Positions 12,346 through 26,625 are shown, numbered from the stretch's first letter. The stretch: DNA of 64,000 nucleotides from Dicyema japonicum (GCA_011109175.1 RDEW01000034.1:314331-378330), one strand, 5' to 3'. Numbers and translations: made by a program. The notes: generated from the sequence alone by a model not told the origin.

Positions 12346-13409
12346 GATTATTTTGATTGTTTTGTTACGTAATAATTCATTTTTGTTAAAAAAATTATAA
12401 ATGATAAATTTTTGTTTGTCTGTCTGCAGTATTGTTTTTTTAAATTAGGTAATTTTTTCTGCTCGTGATTTCCAGTGTAGTGAAATTGATTTTTATATAT
12501 CAAAGCAATGCTATGGACTGCAAGAAGCTGATCCTCGTCAGAATAAGGCTAATACTTTCACAAAATGAAGTACAATGACATTCTGGGATCAAATGAAGAT
12601 TGCCATTACGAAAACTCTTCTACCGAAAAATGAAGTGACATCCTTGCCGGTAGTACGTGAGATGAAAATGGAAGAGGGCGGACCTACTTCACCTCTTTCG
12701 GAAGTGGAAGTCTATAATAAACTATTTAAGGATGGATTTGGTCGATACATGTAAATGCTCTCTCTTTGGTCCATTCTTGAATTTATTAGTTGTGCCTGTT
12801 TGTGCTGGGCTCACCAGAGATTGTAAGTCTGGGGTGAATAGCAAACTGGAAGAAACGAATCGGGCTAGAATCTGATATTAATCATTTAAAATTCGTCCAC
12901 TTAAATATTCGATAATAAATAAGACAATTTAAAAAAAACAACCAATTATTTGATTCCAGCTTCTAATAAATCTCTGACACTTCTTGCATTCTTCTAGTTT
13001 CACAAGTGTAGAACATTAGAGCCATTGCAAATGCCTTCGAAGGAGTTCGGTGTGTCGAAATTTTAAATTTATAAAAATTAGTCATTTTTAGGTCAAAATT
13101 TTAAATTTATAAATTTAAAGTGATTTCAAATTTTCAATTTATTACTGGAGTATTGGTCTCACAAGTGAGTTATTCAGGCGGAATTCTGTATCCACATGGA
13201 TCCTTTTAAGGACAAACCAAGTTTTTTTGATCTTGTGCTGTTTGGCGTTCGTTTAAGTTTTTCTTCTTGTTGTGTCCAGCTTTTTTAAATCCGTGACTTC
13301 AGTTGTGTCTGGAGTTACAGTTAAGAACGTTCTGTCAACCTGCAGAGTATTTGCTTCAATAAAAAGTGAGTGCTTCTTTGTCGTTTGAAATAAAGTCCAC
13401 GTCATTAAT

Positions 13410-13680
13410 TAATTTATTAACCCCGGATACACCGAGAAAAGTTAAAAGTAACAAATAGTTATGTGTATCTAGTTTCCACTGCTACAGAAACAAAGTCCAC
13501 CAGAAACCAGAATAAAATGTAAAAGACGTCCATTACTGGCAGTTGTGGAAACCCCTCCAATGGAATGGGAGTAGCAAATGATCTTTTTTCGTCCCAGTCT
13601 AGCACTGGGCTCCACCTGAGAAAGGTGGATCTCATGACACACTCTAGTAGGAAGGGGAAAAGGAGGAAGAGACAAACAAA
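13410..13680 (-). repeat. Retroelement 3'-end repeat, homologous to 19265-19470
   Basis: ~200 nt of shared sequence ending ctcggtgtatccggggttaataaatt; same terminal motif as the 10317 element. Confidence 0.65.
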
Positions 13681-13879
13681 CAGAAAACCTTAACTAATAA
13701 GCCACGTAGCACCACATGGCGCCACGAGGCAATACAACAACATCATTATGTATGCTATTGTGCTCGCTCCACTTCAAAGAGCGGCTCCTGAATATTTAAA
13801 AATATAATTTTACTTGTTTGTTTAATTTATGATTTTAAATAAAAATTAATTTTTGTTAATTTCTCCGGTGCTTTTTAAC

Positions 13880-14400
13880 CTTATTTTTAAACGACTTACC
13901 CTGCCCTGAGGTTCTGATATCATTCTAACATACGCAGACGATTTAATTATTGCGAGCAGGAATAAATACGTGGATATGACAAAATCAGAACTTCAGTCAC
14001 ATAAACGACCTAGGGGTTTGGCCGTTTTCGAACCGACTTTCAATATCCACGGAAAAATATTAATATAACATTTTTACTACCAAACGAAGACAAAAGGATA
14101 CGGTGGAAATCAGCCTTGATTATTCCAATGAAAACACATCCAAGAATACTGGGAGTGACCCTGGACCCCATACTCTCTTTCTCCCAACATGTGAAGGATG
14201 TTATGGCAAGGGGCCTTTGGAAACTCAACGTCAAAAACCTTTCTAAACTCCAGGACCCAGCCGTCTTATACCACCAGTTCTTAAAGCCTATGGTGGAGTA
14301 TGCCTGTGCTACCTGTGCTTACGGAATTTCAAAGTTTTACAAGATAAATTCCCTAAGAACAAAAATGGTTCGCATAACTAATCGCTCTGCTCAATTATTC
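13880..14400 (+). mobile_element. Ingi/I-like RT C-terminal remnant
   Basis: YADDL and HPRILGVTLDPILSFSQHV...LYHQFLKPMVEYA. Confidence 0.75.
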
Positions 14401-14479
14401 CGTCCTTTACTCGACAACGCGACAGTCCGGAATAATAGTTCTGGCTTCATCAGTCTATGCGGCTCAGAGTCTGATTGCT

Positions 14480-15000
14480 TCTACCAATCAGCGATGGAAG
14501 CCGCCGGTAAACTTAAATTAGGAAAAAGCCCAGGCCTCTCCAAATTCTGGATTCAGAAAAGCTTTGTGTACTATGGAGGAGAACATCAAAAAGCTATCGA
14601 TCATGTTGAGCTCTACCGGGATCACTTAATTAGATGGTTTAACTCCTTCTTTCTTGGTGTTCCCTTTTCGAGGTTAGATAATAATAACTGCGGAAGTGGG
14701 CTTCTCCTCGAGAAGGAAAATTACATGAAGAAAATTGGTAGAACGGATTGTAGAGTGCACAAGCGGAACCCTAAGTATTCATATGCTCATGGGTAACGCG
14801 GAAGCGCTATTAAATAACTAACTTGTCGTAAATCTAAGAAATTAGCAAATGATGTGTCTCCAAGAGTTCAACCTTCTCAGGTGGGAAAACTAACGCTCTG
14901 TGAATCTCCAACTTTAGAAGATTCAAGTTTCGTCTTGGAAGATTATGCTAACTTGGACAATCTTGCAGTGTTAATTGGAATGAAGGGGGACTTTTGGAAG
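14480..15000 (+). mobile_element. RT N-terminal remnant, probably CRE-type
   Basis: KLKLGKSPGL...HLIRWFNSFFLG followed by KLANDVSPRVQPSQVG. Confidence 0.5.
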
Positions 15001-17693
15001 ACGTAGCTGTTAGAAGGAAGATGGACCTCCGATCTCTTCTGTTTATGAGAAAGTAGTAAAATTGGAAAATTGGTTTTCCTGTTCGAGGGAGTTATTGTCC
15101 CTTGGCTTGTTTACGGATGTGAGGGATGGTACAACCCATAGGAAAAACCAGATAATGTCGAGTAAGAAAAGACAAGAAGAGTTTGTATCAAATTTACACA
15201 TAAAATTGAATAAAGGTACAAGTTGCAAAAAACCCAATAACTTGGCTCTTTAGTTTGTGATTAATTTAGGCCGCTTGAATGGATAGGCTGCTTCTACCGA
15301 CAATAGCTATCAAATTTGCTGTTGAAGCCATCCAGTCTTACGTTAATACTTGGTGGCCTTTTGGATCATTAAGCCGATCCAACAAACTGTGTCATATATT
15401 GATTTTTGCAGGAAAGTGGCGGTCATGAACTGGATAAGTACCCTTGTTTCTTGTATTAGGAAAATTCATAGTAAAATAGAACAATTTAATGAAAAATAGA
15501 ACATTAAGTAGTAATATCCTTGGTTGGATCAGTTACCCTAGTGGTCAATTGATCGAATGGCTGAGGTGACTTAGCTAGGTCTAATACATCCCTTATATCC
15601 TCAATATGAATATCATTCCATTTCGAAACTCAAGAGACATAGAAAATGAAACTTTCAGATACAAAGAAAAGTCGGACGCATTTATGTCTGGGTTGGAATC
15701 CCATATGCCCCAAATTGGAGGACCTTAGGATGTCCGTCTTTATGAAGAACAAAGGAACCATTAGTTAATCACCTAATAAGATCCTTGATGCTTAAAGACA
15801 CTCTACCATTAAAAGAGTTAGCCGCAAACTATATTTAATCGTATGTCCAACAGATGAGCACGTTGTTAAAACAAAGCTCTAACCCTTCATCAGACAACAT
15901 CTTATATATCATTACTATACTCGTAGGAGTTTTCTACAATACACACGATTGATGTAATAAGTCATCGTTTCCCCTTCTATAAATAACTTAGCTGTATAAC
16001 TCTTAGGCATTTGAAGACAACTCCATCCCAGGTAAATAGTGGAATAATCTTCACTTGAGAATATTAAAGAAGCGAGAGCCCTTCATCAAGAAGCACATGC
16101 TTGTGATGCTTCTCAACTTGATTATGGTAATACTACCAGATAATTACGAGTTCAATGGAAGTTAAATGTGAGAATATACAAAAGTACATTCATTATAATA
16201 TATGCCAATTATGGGAGTCTCCATTTTAATGGAACTGTGGAGATGGCAACAACAACAAAGAAGCGTGAATTAATAATTTATATTAAATTTAAATAAAAAA
16301 TTAAATATATAACAACTTGAATTATTTTTAATAATAATCACCGGTTGTATGATTTACCACCAAGGAAGCAGAGTCCGGTGGATTTGGAAGAAACTTGATG
16401 ACACAGAGAGTGTTTGGGACTCGTGAATTACATCAGATGAATCAGAAGATAGATATCATCTATAAGTTTAAAATAATATCTCAAAGGTTAATAAGAAGAA
16501 TGTTCAAGTTATCCAACTGAATAAACATCTCCTTATATGCAGGTGTAAGATGAACTCGATGAGTAATTAGAAAGCTACGTACTGATGAGTCAATTACATC
16601 ATCCTCACGAGGTTCTATTAAAATAGTCTTTTTGAGTACCCCGTAAGGATGTCAGTTGACACATTAGTCCAACGTGAAAAATCGCCCATAAACGGGCATA
16701 CAGGGAGTTCATCGGTATCCGAAAGAAACTTTGGTAAATAATTTCCGACTCCAAAATGGGGAAAATTTCTTAATATTGAGGTTTTGTCCAAAAAGGAAAA
16801 TTTTCTTAAAAAGCGAAATAAAAAATTGTGAAAAATTACTTTTATAATAAAAATTGCTATAATATGTATTAAAAACAAAATGAATCATCAGTAGGGCCAT
16901 TTAAATGCCAATGATTTTTTAGATTTTTATTTTTTTGATGAATAAATCTGCCATTTTCATTTTTTGGTAGTGAATGCACAATATCTGCTGTAAATCTGTA
17001 TAGTTTATGAACATTGTCATGAGTTTTTGTTTGATTACATAAAAATGCTTTTGAGAGCACGTGTCATATCATTTATCACTTCATACTCTAAGTGTCTCGC
17101 TGTTATCTTCAATGCTAAGATTATCATAAAATGTCTCTAAATTTTATGAATAATTAGCTGGTGCCGTGTAGCTACCTGAAGATTTCTCTTCCTTCTTTAT
17201 AATGGTGTCAACGGATCACCGTATTCAGGAGATGTCCAATGCCTCTATCTCTTTATTCCACCGGGAGATTATTCCGTTACTTGTCGGCGAGTTCTGGCTT
17301 CAACCTCAGCTTTCCGGACAATATCATCTGAACCACTGTGCTTGGATGAGGGCTCTACTGGGACGCGTCAGATTATGGGATTAGTCAGAATGGTTTTACC
17401 CTTGATCTTTGGAATAATTTCATTCAAGAACACTGCGGCCAAAACGTTCAGTTTTGAAAAAAATGGAGTTGAGAAATATCACCATAAAGAATTATGCTCA
17501 ATAGGCAGGTCCCAGACTTTTTGAGATAAATGAAGTGCAATAGTTAAACTTTTTTGATATATTCTTATAATGTATCCAAATGTACAAGCAAACGATATGA
17601 TACGCATACTTTAAGTAGTCCCATTTCGCGGATATCGAGACAACTCGCTACACGTTCCTTATATAAATTCATTTTGTCATACATCAAAAATTG

Positions 17694-17870
17694 GCCGGAT
17701 GGCTTAATGTAATAAGTTACGGATCAAAACCATGAGGTCCCTGGTTGAATCTCGCTGCTGTCTATTCGGTTGAAGATTCCACGCATTATAATGCTTGGTG
17801 TTAACGATGTTTCAACACTGCGAAACTGGACTGTCTTCTGGGACTCCACAAAAAAAAAAAAAACGAGAAG
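17694..17870 (+). mobile_element. tRNA-derived SINE, degenerate copy lacking the 3' module
   Basis: gccggatggcttaatg...gaatctcgctgctgt...ttccacgcat...ctgcgaaactgga...A-run; homologous to 26933-27251. Confidence 0.7.
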
Positions 17871-17929
17871 TCAAGAACATTTTCAATGTCACTTCTTATA
17901 ATTTATTTCTTTTTTTTTTATTTAAAAAA

Positions 17930-18170
17930 ATAGAACTAACAAAAAGGTCATAGCGGTCGTCCTGACCACGTCTATTCTCTCTAAGGATAGCGACGTGGTT
18001 TGCTCAAATAGCCAGCAGCGCTCACGGGGATTTCCCATTAGTGCAGAAATCTGATTCCCTAGACGACTCAAGAATTCGAGCGTCACAGGGGCAAGAGAAC
18101 TAGGCGTTTCAACAGCGAACGGAAAAACAAAAATCCTCATTACCGCGTACTTTGCAAGTTTTTACCTCTC
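17930..18170 (-). mobile_element. CRE 3' end
   Basis: FVFPFAVETPSSLAPVTLEFLSRLGNQISALMGNPRERCWLFEQ followed by an A-rich tail. Confidence 0.8.
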
Positions 18171-19264
18171 GACCTTTTTAAAATAAAGTGTGATTTCTAC
18201 CTAAGGTGAGGTTTAAGTAAATAGAAACAATTTTTTTATAGAGCACAAAATGAAGTCACAAGAATTCGGTTGGATTTGACGATTTTTTCTATGAACTGTA
18301 TTTTATCACGTTCAGTCTTATCTATTCGGTGACCACGACGAATTCATTATGAAATTCGAATACACATGCTTGATTTTTGAGGAAACTCATTGGAATCCGA
18401 GTAAGTTACTAAAATGTAAAAATCAGCCCAAATTCGGGTGTTTCTAATGAAAGTTCATTTCATAGCTCATCCCCCATCATGATTCTTAATAATATCTTCT
18501 CTTTGGTCCAATCTCCTTATATGAATTCTTAATGTTTGTGAAATTTTATTAAAGATTCTTCTCTTCCTTATTCATATCCGAGGACTTCATGAATTTCGAG
18601 AGTGACTATATTGTGTCTCTATTGTTGCATGTAGTCTACCAAGACAGACTCGTCTGTTTACCTTAGACTTGGATTGCCATAATGAATCGATCCCTGTCTA
18701 TTTCACATAGGATTCTCATGAGGTTGTCGTTTCGATATAATTCTATTTGTTCCGCGTCTGCGTGATCCTCAATACTAGTCTCTAACCTTCTCCTATTCGA
18801 TCCTAGGCTCTGCAGACAAATGAGGTCTTTATCGTCCCTTAGTGTTCTGTTCATTGGTCTCAGGTTACCATTAAGAACACGAGAAGCGTTGTACCACGAC
18901 AAACTCGGAACTTTTACTATTTGAAAAACTTTTGACAGATGATCTCACAAGTCTTTCAATTTTTAATTGACTTGAATCATACGTGCCTTGAGCTTCCAAT
19001 GTTCTTAATGACGTCATTTCGTCTATGCTAACAAGAAAGAAGTTGTTTGCTTTAGTAGATATTCTAAAAATCTTATTTTGACGTGAAAAGTAGACATTTC
19101 GACAATACAGGTGGTCGACGGTTCAACCTTCAGAGTCACTTGACTGTCATACATGCACTCTCTAGATTCGAATTTGAATCTTATGTGTACTTGGCACTCA
19201 CTATTCAAACTTTGGCTACGATGTCTCCCGAGTCTGTCACCTCGTTCCATGATCATGGGAGAAA

Positions 19265-19470
19265 TATATTAATTTATTAACCCAGGATTCACCGAGAAAG
19301 ATTTTAACAGTAAATAACTACTTAAAAGAATCCAGTTTCCACTGTCATAGAAACAGAGTCCTTTACGTCACACAAGTCCATGCAGAACCACTACAAAAGT
19401 AAATGACATCCATTCATAGCAGTTGTGAAAACTCCTCCAGTGGAGTGAAAGATTGCTGGATTCGCTGTGT
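19265..19470 (-). repeat. Retroelement 3'-end repeat, homologous to 13410-13680
   Basis: Ends ctcggtgaatcctgggttaataaatt; direct alignment to the 13.4-kb copy. Confidence 0.65.
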
Positions 19471-20099
19471 TATCCTAGTTTCTTCCTAAATTCTCAGGAA
19501 TAGCTTATCTGATTATAATGTTGTACCTGCAGAAACTCATACTGGTCGAAAACGTGGGAATTCTGTTGTCCTGGTGGAATTTCATGAACGACTGTCAAAA
19601 ACTGACATTCTGATGAGATTTAGCTCTGAGGAGGTAGCCATGGCAGGTATAGACTTAGCCTATTGACAGTTTAACGTACTAATTGGGTTAATGGTAGTAC
19701 GAGATTCCTGCGATATCCTTCTTTAAGATAATCGTTGTTGAAAAGGTCATCGGTGAGTTCGGAGATATTTGATGTTCAATGTGTCTCAATTGAGGAACAA
19801 GATGATGACAGAGTCGAAGGAGGTTAAAATCGTGAAGGAAGTGCCTAGTGGACGAGTGTCGTTAGTGGAGTGGATTGGAAGAGAATTTGTAAAAGAAGGT
19901 CGGTTGAAAAATTACGTGAGGAATAAATACAAGGAGAATGAAGGAGAGACCGACGTGATGGAAGAGACTCAAATCGGAGGGACAATAGGAGGCATGAACG
20001 CAGAAGGTGACATGTATTATTTTATATATATTTCAAATTTAAAATTTTTATCTCGATTTGTGATGGTTGCCAATGTATTTCTTTGTAACGATGTATTTC

Positions 20100-22140
20100 T
20101 TTGTTTAAGATGATACTCTGGGAGGTCATGGGCTCAGTACCCCCACTGGTTATTCGGTTGAAGATAACTCCTCACATCTCTTTGTTCCTAAGGCTAATTT
20201 GCGAGATTTATGTGCCACAATTGTGGCAGGTGGTGCCCAGTGCCCTGATGGCCATGAAAGAAATCATTTACCATTCCCTTACACTGCTGGTTAATTTCTT
20301 TGAGGGATCTCTACACATATTTAGGCTGAGTCTCGGTGTTGAAATGCGTCAGATTCCACCGTTATCTACTGTTCGACGCCTTTCTCTTACTATGATTTGT
20401 TCCTTTCTCGAGTGGAACCTATAAGGAGCATTCACTTTTTATCAACCCACTAAATCGTTTCTTGGAGGTTCCCATGACTTCTAAAAGTTGGTCTTTCTTT
20501 TTTATCTCCATGGAAGGACTTATCGCGTAAAGATGAGCAGTCTATTATCGAAGTGGTCGCTTATTATGATATTAAGTTTGCTTTCTTGGAAGATATCTTG
20601 CCATGGTCTCCGATGATGTCATTGAATAAATAAAAAACTGGATAAACAGATAATGAACTTTCCGAACATAGTATACTTGTATCTCAGACATGGACAAAAG
20701 TGGAGTTATACAGGGATCAATCCTCCGTCAGCCGCTGTTCAACATTGTCATGGTGAACTTTCCTATGAAAAATTTTCCAAGCACGAAAATATTAATTTAC
20801 TCAGAGAAGCGATTTTTTAAAGTCAAAACAATATCCGAAAGACGATTTGCTGTGTAAATAGAAGAGACGTTCCTCATTGTCTCTTCATAAGTGCTAAAAC
20901 CGTCTTTGATCTACGACAAAGTTAAGGAGATTTGGAAACTGGCTGCCCTAGCGTATGGTTCGGACAGCACAGTTGTCTTCGAAGATAATATTGTGTGTTC
21001 TCATACCAGTGTGCAACAAGGGGATCCGCTTGGAACACTCCTTTTGACCTGACTGTCGATGATGTCGCATGCAATGTGCTTTCCCTATTCAACGTATGGT
21101 ATATGGATGACGTGGAGGCCTTTATGACTCTCTCTTGAAAGATCTCCGTGTCATTAACAACTCTAAGGAGTCTTTGATTATCAAATCTCTATGTCCGGCA
21201 AAGATTTAGTTTTCGCTGCAGGAGCTTTAGAGATCAATTTACCGGAGAAAGGATCGGGAAGTGGGTGAATTTTAATTCCTCAAGATTTGCATTGGTGGCG
21301 ACGGGAAAGCTCTTTCCTCGAAGGACTCTCTGCTACACTCAATATCCGAAAAACACTTAGGATTTAGGATGTCTCTATGCTAACGATCCTTGATTCACAC
21401 ATGGTGTTCTTCCTGCTGAAAAATTGTCTTCCTTACTCTTCGTTTTGGGATGCTCGTCATCCTTCAAGCACAGGGACATCCTAAACACTATCAACTTTAA
21501 AATTCTTAGTGGAGGTAGTCCTTAATGTTTAACTTAACGATCTAGGCTGGAGGCAGTGCAAAATCTTGATCTTTAAAGATGGCCTCGGCCTTAGATCTTT
21601 AGCCGACATTACGCTCCTTGCTTTTCTTTTTCATGTGCTTCTTGTGTTTGCCTGTGGTCGAGATTTTACTCAACAAGATCTTTTCTTGAAAGTTTCGTAA
21701 ATTGAGTTTTTAATAATAACTGAATTTCATTACAATTCCTTGGTTTATCAGTAAGTTTAAGGTTGTAGAACTAGTCACGTGGCATCCATATAGCCGATCT
21801 ATTACGGATAGATTCGTAGTGGGTGAACAATTGAGAAAAGCTGATGAGAAGATTCGTGATTTATTCTCAAACTGAGAGTTACAGGCCAGATGGAATTATC
21901 ATCGTTCTTCTCGACTGGGAAGCTCCAAGTATGAGATGTCCAGTGTAACCTCCTCTGAATGTTGCCAATACCGAAAAATTAAATTGGTGGAAGTATGCTG
22001 ACCTCCTTGGTGGCTTGAAGTTTGTTCCTCTTACTATGAAAACCTTTGGAGCTCTAGGATACTCATCCCATGATTTCTTCAAAAAACTCGAATACCTAAT
22101 TTTAGTCAGTTCGGGAGTCAGGACTGAATTTTTTTGTTTT
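20100..22140 (+). mobile_element. Long degenerate CRE-clade element (RT + RLE)
   Basis: AGGAQCPDG, VQQGDPLG, NVWYMDD, YRPDGI and KFVPLTMKTFGALG in order, with stops and frameshifts. Confidence 0.75.
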
Positions 22141-22329
22141 TGTTTTTTATTAAACAAAATAATTCGAAATTAATGATTCTAAACATGGAGTAAGAATTTA
22201 TGAAATGATCGAAAGAACTTTAAGTCAAAATTTGGAAATCTAGAGGCCAGGAGCTATATGAGCATAGTTAGTATGCTTTTTAATGATAATGAGATTTAGA
22301 GAAACTATCATATAATTGCACTAACAATA

Positions 22330-23030
22330 ATTTTATACATGGCCTTCAAAAAATTGTCTAATACTCATGCCACCATCAGCACCATAGTGAAAGCCATGAT
22401 ACTTTTAGCTGAGATTCGCTCAAATAACCAGCAGCGCTCACGGGGATCTCCTGATCGTGTAGAAATCCAATTCACTAGACGACTCAAGAATTCCAGTGTT
22501 GCAGGTGCAAGGGAACCAGACGTCTCAGCGGTGAGTAGACAAAAAATTAATCGGTAGGACCGCATACTTTTCTCGTTTACGGCAGAAAAGCTCCAGAGAC
22601 ACTCTGGATTAGGTTGCAAGTAACAGACGTTTCGGTGCAGGTGATGTCCCTGACAAGAGCTTCCCCAATTTCAAAAAGTAAGGTGGTCATCTATCTAGTC
22701 GTTTCCCGTCACGCCTGCAAAGACCTATTGATTCGAGTATGAAGGGATGTCCGGCGGCGTCCAAAGCTCGTCTTACGACTTCGTTTAAGGCCATGCGTCT
22801 TGGAGATCTGCCTGCACTCTTCCTGCTTGATAGAGGGTGTAGGTCAAAACAGTCGATCTGATCTGCACGGATGGGGCACACGGAATTTTAATCCCAGTCG
22901 TATTGAGATCCCATACGGACTTATTCATCATCTAGATGGCACTAAAAGTCCATTAGGAATGGCGTTAAGCCAGACACCGCTCTCTGAAGACGCCCTCGAC
23001 AACTAACATGCATGGCGATGTTGGTTATGT
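22330..23030 (-). mobile_element. CRE-clade RLE domain remnant
   Basis: LNEVVRRALDAAGHPFILESIGLCRRDGKR and AETSGSLAPATLEFLSRL...DPRERCWLFERIS. Confidence 0.85.
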
Positions 23031-24116
23031 GACAGATCTTCAATGCTATAATTAATTAGTAATTTTGATTAAAAAACCCTTGACCTAGGTGAAGGTTAAC
23101 CAGATACTTTTTATTTTGGATTATTTTAGTAAGACCTATTCTGATGTCTTTTGCAGATACTCAAATTATTATACTTCTTTTTTATCATATGGTTATGTTC
23201 ACCCTGTTCAACAGAATATTCATGGAAAAGACGATCGCATGTACTATTTCGTTTAATTTTATAAATTATTTTACAATATTTATATTTTCATGAGTTAAAC
23301 CGATAAATTATCTCTTTAACTGTAGCGTAGTTAAATACTATGTATAAAAATTGCATTTCGGCATTTTTGTTTTAAAATTAATAAATGCACAATATTTGCA
23401 TATTGTCAATTCTTCCTAGCAATGCATTGTTGCGGAATGTAATTGCTTTTAGTAATCGGAAGATTCCCTTTGAGGAATTTATAGACACATCTACGTACGG
23501 AAGTATAACACTATCGACAATAAAGTATAAAATAAATAAAAAACAAGTATCGGCGACAATTTATGCAACTTTATGTTAATAAAAATCCTGAATAGTTTGA
23601 GGATTTGCAGTACAGTAAACTCTCTCAAATCTGCCATTTTTGGTTCCGGCGATTTTTGTGAAAGTTTGAGAAATGGATGGTTCTGGAATTTAATCAATTC
23701 AATCTGGAAATTTCAATTTGTGAACAGATTCGTACTCTTGGACAACTCACCCAGACAGATATCACATTCATACCGCTCACTCTGAGAGACTTATGGGAGC
23801 GGATAGCAATCTAGGTAGACATTTGGAGGCAGTCATCTGCCTAGTTAGCTATAGTTGAGTAATTAACTAAAACTAACAAGTTCGCTGGATCAATTCTTTT
23901 AAAGAATAATAAACCAAACTTTCCAATAATATCCAATGAACCTACACTCTCACTAACCATTCATTTTTATGTATCTACGTCTCACTTGGAAATCGTTGCA
24001 TATCCTCATTTTCCTTAGTTGGAAAGACTTGCCATAAAACAAAAATAAACATTTCCATAAAAATAAAGCGAGCCACCCAATTGAATAAATTAAATTCATT
24101 AAATTAAACAAAACAA

Positions 24117-25532
24117 CTATCCTCTGATAACTGCAATTAGAAGAAATTTGATAGTTTTATATTAGGTAGATGACATGCCTCCACTACTTCGGAAACATCT
24201 CTATATGACTGGAGAGCCTCTTCCATTATCAACTTGGGAGAAGAATCTCTGATGGAGATTACCTTATGTCTTATTGCTTCCAACACATCTTCAAAAACAA
24301 GGGATCGTCTCACCTTCGCTCACGAAAGAGCCCTTCCAGCTTTTGATACGTGTTCCAAATAACTCAGAAAAACCAAGCCTGTCCTAGTCAGCACATAAGT
24401 TCACGTGCCCATCGTCCTGGGGTAGCCAGTCAACTACAAATATAAACTCTAGCAAACTTCGTAATCAACAGAAGTCAAAGGATGATGAGGCGGAAAGGGT
24501 CGGGTTGATCTCATCCGTCACCCATCAACCTCAAGTATCAAACCGTTTGTAGAAAGCCATCAAATAAAAGTGGACAAAACCTGCAGGTAAAGAAAGGTCA
24601 TCGAGTACCGGTTCACCAAGGAATAGTTGGCCGCTGCAGGAATCATCTTTAAATAGTTCTGGTCTTCTTCTGAACTGATCCTTGCACATGCCAGTTGAGG
24701 GTAATTCACATAAATCTGGTCTTTTCTCATAGACTTGCCCATTTCAAACACAGAATCTTGGTTGAATCAAAAAAAGTAGCAACTTAGTGACCCAGTTCCC
24801 GACTTCATCACACAGAATTGACTTACTCTGTCGATCCCCATCTTGGAGGATGCAAATTTGTCGTAAATTGAAATCCACTGCTCACAATGCTCCTTATCTT
24901 CAGCCGATGAATATCCTTGGGTGACTATAGAGCTTCAAATCTTTTCTGATTCTTCAATCCATGCCCATCAATAGAGACTCTCAAGATCCCTGAATTATAA
25001 GGTAAACAACTTGGCTGCCATTGGAACGACACCACGTGACCCTAATCCGACAGGGATGTGGTCAAAAAGTGCCTGGGATAGCTGTTCCTTTGAGGTTCGA
25101 CGTCCTTCTCGCTCAAATTGGTCCTGATTAGCCGAATTCCACAGTTTATCTGGAATCCAACTCCACCGGGGAGACCATGACATTAGAATCCGTCATAACA
25201 AAAGCTATCGTGTTTCCTACATTGAATCCGTATCCCGAATGAATGTCTGGCAGCCCAATGTAGTTCTGGAATTATTCTAGAACTGTACCTTGACTATGCC
25301 AGGCAGATTTGTTATTGAAGGAAGAAATCCACTACTTCCCTCTACTCAGAGTAGTGACGTAATTCATCAAACAAATTTTTCTACGGGATTTCTTGACGTG
25401 TAATAGCCTTCCACTATGAAACTGATTAATGTTTTATACATTCATCTGAAACTGCAGTCCATTCAATATTTCCATGATATGCATTTTCCCCTTTTAGAAT
25501 TGTAATTTTTCCTAATGTGTTAAAACAACCAT
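24117..25532 (-). pseudogene. RTCB: RNA-splicing ligase RtcB, full-length decayed copy retaining introns
   Basis: [76 protein letters not shown] and IAVIRG* are collinear with animal RTCB. Introns at 25414-25439, 25266-25288, 24990-25010 and 24434-24457. In-frame stops, frameshifts and deletions, including loss of the GTLGxGNHY region. Confidence 0.9.
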
Positions 25533-25829
25533 GAAACTGGCTAATGTTAGCGATTTTAAATGCCGAATTTATTATTATTATAACACCAGAGACCACTAAA
25601 GCCAAATTATAAATAATTAAACTTTTAAATTTTAAATATTGTGTTCATTAAATTTTATGTATCGATAATTTATAAAAAAAAATACATCCGAAACCTTTCA
25701 GCATCAACAATCGTCTATTCAGAACTAAACCAACCCATAACAAAATATTTTTATTGCCGAACAAATTTAGAAGCCATCGCTCACTACAAAACTCCCGTGC
25801 CTGTGGCCCTGATGGAGTATCTTTAAGTC

Positions 25830-26400
25830 ATTTGAAATACTCGGGGCCATAGCAAAAGTGACAATCACAAATACACAACAATTAGAACAACACCCTCTGT
25901 AACCCCATATGGAGCACGACGATGATTTCGATTAATATTCAAAAGGCTTTTTTACTCTGTCTCGGGGACGCAGCGGACAAAATGTTTGATACCAATATTC
26001 ACCATAATGTTAAACTCTGGTTAGAAAACCTGGAAGAGTATTCATGGAAAAGAGCAAGTAGATATCCTGACTGCTATCAAATAAAGTCCTACAGAGCTCC
26101 CCAAATTCACCGATTTTGTTTAATTTATTTCTTTATGACGTCCCCCAGATTGATGATTCCGACACGCCATTCCTGCTCTACCCCTCCCATTATGTGCTCA
26201 TAGCCATTTCAAAGAATCCTAATATCCTAGGATACCATACAACAAATTGATAAACTTCATAAGGTACTCAGACCAACTCCTAACGAAAGAACTAGATGTG
26301 AATATCCTCAAGGTAATTGCTAGGAAATGTCCATAACACCATTAGACTGCATATACAACATTGAATATGCTTGTGCCATTTGAGTTGACGATTGATAAAA
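25830..26400 (+). mobile_element. Ingi/I-like RT remnant
   Basis: ISINIQKAF...TNIHHNVKLWLENL and SPILFNLFLYD. Confidence 0.6.
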
Positions 26401-26625
26401 TTGTTCTCGGAGGACTACGCTCTAGTATTTTTTTGCTCCGAGGGCTCGGCATGCGTAGACACAAAGTCGTGTATATTTTAGATCCAGGTGCTGTCGTAGT
26501 GGATTTAAATAATTAACAGCTAATCAAATGTATCCAACCCCAAGGTCAGAAAATCAGAGACCTTTTAATATCAAACAAATTTATCAATCATCAGAAAAAA
26601 CGCATGCAGTCCTAATAGGTATATG

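Noticed and set aside
14116-14796. 226-aa ORF as a novel protein
   Set aside because: Chance read-through joining an Ingi-like RT C-terminus to the N-terminal part of a different RT remnant.
24117-25532. Alternative genetic code explaining the in-frame stops
   Set aside because: The stops co-occur with frameshifts and deletions and fall at different conserved residues, while intact frames end normally at TAG or TAA.
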